Of a DNA stretch of 51,979 nt, positions 48,468 through 51,979 are shown one piece after another. Source of the DNA: Chloroflexota bacterium (lineage in GTDB: Bacteria > Chloroflexota > Limnocylindria > P2-11E); contig VGOU01000001.1 of the NCBI GenBank assembly GCA_016875795.1, positions 1-51,979 on the forward strand, read 5' to 3'. Position numbers and translations under genes: made by a program. A model generated the notes under the pieces. It made no database searches. It was not told the DNA's origin and was given only the letters and a program-made list of their open reading frames with translations. Position 1 is the first letter of the stretch. The number at the start of each line of letters is the position of its first letter.

Positions 48468-49764
48468 CCCCGCCCGCCGCGGCCCCGCGCTCCGGGCCTC
48501 GCGGCCTCATGTAGAGGATGAGCAGCGCGACGATCGCCAGGCCGCCCCAGACCGGCTCCTGCCCGATGAGGGTCGAGAGCTTCGTGCCCAGGACGCGGTC
48601 GGCGACGGCGGGGATGACCCGGAGCGAGACGTACGCGTACGCGACGCCGAACGCGAGCGCGTAGCGCGTCCGACGGGCGACCTGGTGGTCCGTGGAGAGC
48701 AGATGGACGATCGCCGTCCATGTCGGCATGAGGAAGACCCAGGTGTGCGGGTGCGAGTTGTGCGTCGCGTGCGGGAGCAGGGCGAAGAAGAGCCCGTACG
48801 CGGCGGTCAGGGCGCGGGGCCCGCCGCCGCGGCGCGCGAGACCGATGACGACGACGGCCGACGCAACGAGCATGAGCGCGAGCGTCGCGAGGGCGATGGC
48901 CTGGACCGTGATGTTCAGCGGGGAGGCATCGCCGGTCGTCTGCGGCGACCCGAGGCCGAGCCCGAACGCGAACCGTGTCAGCGCCGCGTGGAGGCCCGTG
49001 ATCTCCGGGCTGCTCTGGCTGCCGAGGGCGATGCTCGAGATCGGGACGGACTGCCCGCCGCTCTTTCCCGACGGAACGAGAAGCTCCCTCAGGAGCTCCG
49101 CGGGCGACAGGCGCTGCCCCGCCGCGACCGCGACGAGCACGACCGCCGACACGAGCGCTCCGCCGAGCACGAAGCGCCGCGCTCCCGGCCGCACGAGCCC
49201 CGGGACGAGGAAGATCCCGGGGATCACCTTCGTCAACGCGGCCAGGGCCACGAGACCGCCCTCGGTCGCGCGCCGGCCGCGGGCGGCGGCCAGCCATGCG
49301 AGGGAGAGGAAGGCGAGCTCCACGAACTCCGGATTGGCGCTCACGCTGAGCGCGAACGTGAGCGGCCAGGACGCGAGCCATAGGGCGAGCGCGGCCACCA
49401 TCCGGCCACGGTCGAGGCCGCACGCGAGCGCGCACGCGCTGAACGCGATCGCGGCGAGGGGGATGTTGAGGATGGCGAAGACGTAGATCGTCATCACGCC
49501 GGGCAAGGCGTTCACCAGCCAACGCTCGAAGACGAAGACCGGCCCGTACACGATCCCGCTTCCGTCCCACCAGTAGGGGTGGAACATGACGGCGTAGAAG
49601 TCGCCGAAGAACGCGCGGTGCCACGAGAAGATCAGCCCTTCCAGCAGCGTGATCCGCAGTCCGCCCAGGAGCAAGGCCGCGATGAACAGCCGAGAGATGA
49701 GCCGGCCCCGCGGCGTGCTCCACCAGAGGCCGATCCGCTCGAATCGCTTCTCAAGAGCCAGCAG
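48442..49764 (-). CDS. GT-C-type membrane glycosyltransferase (DUF2029/GT87-like); start unresolved
   Basis: Polytopic protein: GLVALAALTKVIPGIFLVPGL, FERWLVNALPGVMTIYVFAILNIPLAAIAF. The long ORF 48442..50379 is antisense to the divergent methyltransferase upstream of about 49790. Only CTG codons (49764, 49761) precede the first helix. Confidence 0.65.
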   Translation of the reverse strand: MLALEKRFERIGLWWSTPRGRLISRLFIAALLLGGLRITLLEGLIFSWHRAFFGDFYAVMFHPYWWDGSGIVYGPVFVFERWLVNALPGVMTIYVFAILNIPLAAIAFSACALACGLDRGRMVAALALWLASWPLTFALSVSANPEFVELAFLSLAWLAAARGRRATEGGLVALAALTKVIPGIFLVPGLVRPGARRFVLGGALVSAVVLVAVAAGQRLSPAELLRELLVPSGKSGGQSVPISSIALGSQSSPEITGLHAALTRFAFGLGLGSPQTTGDASPLNITVQAIALATLALMLVASAVVVIGLARRGGGPRALTAAYGLFFALLPHATHNSHPHTWVFLMPTWTAIVHLLSTDHQVARRTRYALAFGVAYAYVSLRVIPAVADRVLGTKLSTLIGQEPVWGGLAIVALLILYMRPRGPERGAAAGGASPGSASR

Positions 49765-49791
49765 GACGCCGATGGTATCGTTGGATCCCCC

Positions 49792-50778
49792 GTGAAGCGG
49801 AGCCTCATCCCTCTTCTGTGCTGCCCTGCGTGCCGGCGGTCCCTCATCCTCACCGGCGCGACCGAAGACGCGGGCGGCGAGGTCACCAGCGGCGAGCTCG
49901 AGTGCGCCGGGTGCGCGCGGCGGTATCCGATCGTCCGGGCCGTTCCCCGCTTCGTCCCCTCGGAGGGATATGCCGCGCCGTTCGGCTACCAGTGGAACCT
50001 GTTCGGGCGCGAGCAGGTGGACCGGGTGAACGGCACGCGCATCTCCGAGCGCCGGCTGCTGCGCGAGACGCGGCTGCCGCGCCAGTGGTGGCCCGGCAAG
50101 CGCGTGCTCGACGTCGGATGCGGCGCGGGACGTTTCCTGGACGTCGTCGCGCGTCTTGGGGCCGAGGTCGTCGGCGTCGATGCGAGCAGCTCCGTCGACG
50201 CCGCGTACGCGCTGCTCGGGCGCGACGACGGCGTCCACATCGTCCAGGCCGACATCTTCGCGCTGCCGTTCGTGAGCGAGACGTTCGACGCGTGCTACGC
50301 GATCGGGGTCATCCAGCACACCCCGGATCCGCCGGGCAGCGTGGTCGGACTGCGGGACGTGATGCGGCGGGGCGGCCATCTCGCGCTCACGTGCTACGAG
50401 CGCAAGACATACACAGCCTTCTCACCGATGTTCCTGCTCCGGCGCGCTCTCCGAAGCCTGAGCCCGCGCGCGAAGCTGCGGCTCATCAGATGGTCGCTGC
50501 CGGTCCTCTTTCCGCTGGCCGAAGTACTCTTCCGCATCCCGGGCGCAGGTCGTGCCTTCCGATTCTTGCTGCCGGTCGCCGATCCGGTGGACCTGCCAGA
50601 GCTCTCGGTGCGCCAACGCTACAGTTGGGCGCTCCTCGACACGTTCGACGTTCTCGCACCGACGTACGTGCTGCCCCAGACGGAGAGCGAGCTCAGATCG
50701 GCGCTCGAGCGGGCGGGCTTCGCGAATGCGAAGCGCTCGCGCAGCCCCGGGCTGAACATCACGGCAGTCAGGCCGTAG
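49792..50778 (+). CDS. SAM-dependent methyltransferase with N-terminal Trm112-like zinc ribbon
   Basis: GTG 49792. LLCCPACRRSL...LECAGCARRYPIVRAVPRF. VLDVGCGAGRF. AIGVIQHTPDP. RRGGHLAL. Confidence 0.85.
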   Translation: MKRSLIPLLCCPACRRSLILTGATEDAGGEVTSGELECAGCARRYPIVRAVPRFVPSEGYAAPFGYQWNLFGREQVDRVNGTRISERRLLRETRLPRQWWPGKRVLDVGCGAGRFLDVVARLGAEVVGVDASSSVDAAYALLGRDDGVHIVQADIFALPFVSETFDACYAIGVIQHTPDPPGSVVGLRDVMRRGGHLALTCYERKTYTAFSPMFLLRRALRSLSPRAKLRLIRWSLPVLFPLAEVLFRIPGAGRAFRFLLPVADPVDLPELSVRQRYSWALLDTFDVLAPTYVLPQTESELRSALERAGFANAKRSRSPGLNITAVRP

Positions 50779-50787
50779 CGTTCGCTC

Positions 50788-51979
50788 ATGTGCGGGATCG
50801 CAGGGATCGTCGTGGGACACGGTCGGCCGGACACATCGAGGATGCGCGTCATGCGCGACCGCCTCACGCACCGCGGTCCCGACGCCTCAGGAGAGCACGT
50901 CGACGAGCACGCCGCGCTCGGAGTCCGGCGGCTGCGCGTCATCGACCTGGCGACCGGTGACCAGCCGCAGTCCAACGAGGACGGCACGGTGTGGACGGTC
51001 TTCAACGGCGAGATCTACAACTTCACCGAGCTTCGCGAAGGTCTCGCGGCACGCGGCCACCGTTTCGCGACCGCGTCCTCGGACACGGAGGTCATCGTCC
51101 ACCTGTACGAGGACCATGGTGAGCGATTCGTCGAGCATCTCGACGGCATGTTCGCCCTCGCGGTGTGGGACACGCGGCGACGGCGTCTGGTGCTCGCGCG
51201 CGACCGCCAGGGGAAGAAGCCCCTCCTGTACCACCGGACCGCCGACGGCATCGCCTTCGCGTCCGAGCACGGGGCGCTCCTCGCCGCCCTCGAGCGACGG
51301 CCGGGCGTGTCCCTCGATGCGGTCCGCCGCTACCTCCGTCTCGGTTACGTGCCGGCGCCGCTCGACGCGTTCGAGGGGATCCAGAAGGTGCCGCCGGCCC
51401 ACGTCCTCGTCCACGACGAGGCCGGGACTCGCGCGCTGCCGTACTGGACGCCTCCGGCGCCGGGGACGCTCCGGATCGGCGAGGCGGAGGCCGCCACCGA
51501 GCTGCTGCGGCTCCTCGAGCGGGCCGTCGCGCGCCGGATGGTCGCCGACGTGCCGGTCGGCGCGTTCCTCTCCGGCGGCGTCGATTCGAGCGCGGTCGTC
51601 GCGCTCATGGCGCGGAGCACACCGCGCGTGCGCACGTTCTCGATCGGCTTCGAGGAGTCCGGCTTCAGCGAGCTCGAGCACGCGCGCCGCGTCGCGCGGA
51701 CGTTCGACACGGAGCACCACGAATTCGTGGTCGGTCCGAGCGAGCTCGACGTCCTGCCGCTGCTCGTCCGCCACTACGGGGAGCCGTTCGCCGACTCGTC
51801 GGCCGTGCCCACGTATCACCTCTCCAGGCTGACGCGCCAGCACGTGACGGTCGCGCTCAACGGGGACGGGGGCGACGAGGTGTTCGCCGGCTACGACCGG
51901 TACGCAGCCGCGCGCCTCGCCGCGTACCTCGACGCGATCCCGCGGCCGATCCGGGCCGCCGGCAGCGGAGCGCTCGCCC
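50788..51979 (+). CDS. asnB: asparagine synthase (glutamine-hydrolysing)-family amidotransferase, 3' end outside window
   Basis: Absent from the track (no stop in window). My translation from ATG 50788 is MCGIAGIVVGHG...HRGPD...RRLRVIDL...FNGEIYNF...SDTEVIVHLYE...GMFALAVWD...FLSGGVDSS...GEPFADSSAVPT...ALNGDGGDEVFAGY. Confidence 0.9.
   Translation, partial: MCGIAGIVVGHGRPDTSRMRVMRDRLTHRGPDASGEHVDEHAALGVRRLRVIDLATGDQPQSNEDGTVWTVFNGEIYNFTELREGLAARGHRFATASSDTEVIVHLYEDHGERFVEHLDGMFALAVWDTRRRRLVLARDRQGKKPLLYHRTADGIAFASEHGALLAALERRPGVSLDAVRRYLRLGYVPAPLDAFEGIQKVPPAHVLVHDEAGTRALPYWTPPAPGTLRIGEAEAATELLRLLERAVARRMVADVPVGAFLSGGVDSSAVVALMARSTPRVRTFSIGFEESGFSELEHARRVARTFDTEHHEFVVGPSELDVLPLLVRHYGEPFADSSAVPTYHLSRLTRQHVTVALNGDGGDEVFAGYDRYAAARLAAYLDAIPRPIRAAGSGALA

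Noticed and set aside
1-51979. rRNA, tRNA, riboswitch or other structured ncRNA genes.
   Set aside because: I could not recognise any cloverleaf or conserved riboswitch core by eye in the few intergenic regions. This is a weak negative; a covariance-model scan (tRNAscan-SE, Rfam) would be decisive.

Overview
This is a very GC-rich 52-kb window (GC not computed, no rRNA or tRNA seen). Almost all of it is one large cell-envelope glycan biosynthesis, decoration and export island. All family calls come from motif recognition by eye in the supplied translations plus my own reading of the DNA; no searches were run.

Contents:
- dTDP-6-deoxyhexose genes (rmlA, rmlC, rmlD), a TylC3-like C-methyltransferase and a radical SAM enzyme.
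- A UDP-sugar dehydrogenase, three extended SDRs, a Gfo/Idh/MocA oxidoreductase, two sugar N-formyltransferases and an LbH acetyltransferase.
- A CE4 and a WbmS-like deacetylase, a FemAB-like transferase, an AsnB-like amidotransferase and seven SAM methyltransferases.
- Cytoplasmic GT4/GT1 enzymes and two GT2 polyprenyl-phosphate sugar synthases.
- An unusually high load of GT-C-fold membrane glycosyltransferases: a 1147-aa tandem double module, a DUF2723-like protein, an ArnT-like protein, a DUF2029-like protein and one remnant.
- Both export routes: a Wzx flippase, and a Wzm/Wzt ABC transporter whose two halves lie about 11 kb apart.
- metF, an RlpA-like protein, a DUF433/DUF5615 toxin-antitoxin-like pair, a gutted HipBA module and one IS5-family element.

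Best leads:
1. The giant double GT-C gene has its two modules joined by a lower-GC, 56-nt nested palindrome read in frame. A G7/C7 hairpin lies in module 1, and a TA-like pair is stop-start coupled to its 5' end.
2. Three perfectly 27-bp-spaced palindromic operators sit upstream of a HipB-like HTH gene. Its HipA partner is deleted down to a remnant that is still ATGA-coupled to wzt.
3. Polyprenyl-phosphate-dependent (GT2 plus GT-C) machinery is dense beside Pro/Ser-rich exported proteins. This suggests an undescribed extracytoplasmic glycosylation system.
4. Gene decay is heavy and mechanistically diverse: nonsense TAA, in-frame TGA, homopolymer and pentanucleotide-repeat frameshifts, an IS insertion and two deletion fusions.
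5. Two genes appear to start at CTG inside CTGA stop-start overlaps, and two GT-C genes lack any canonical start.

Many long Arg/Ala/Pro-rich ORFs in the track are antisense artefacts of the GC content and were not annotated.
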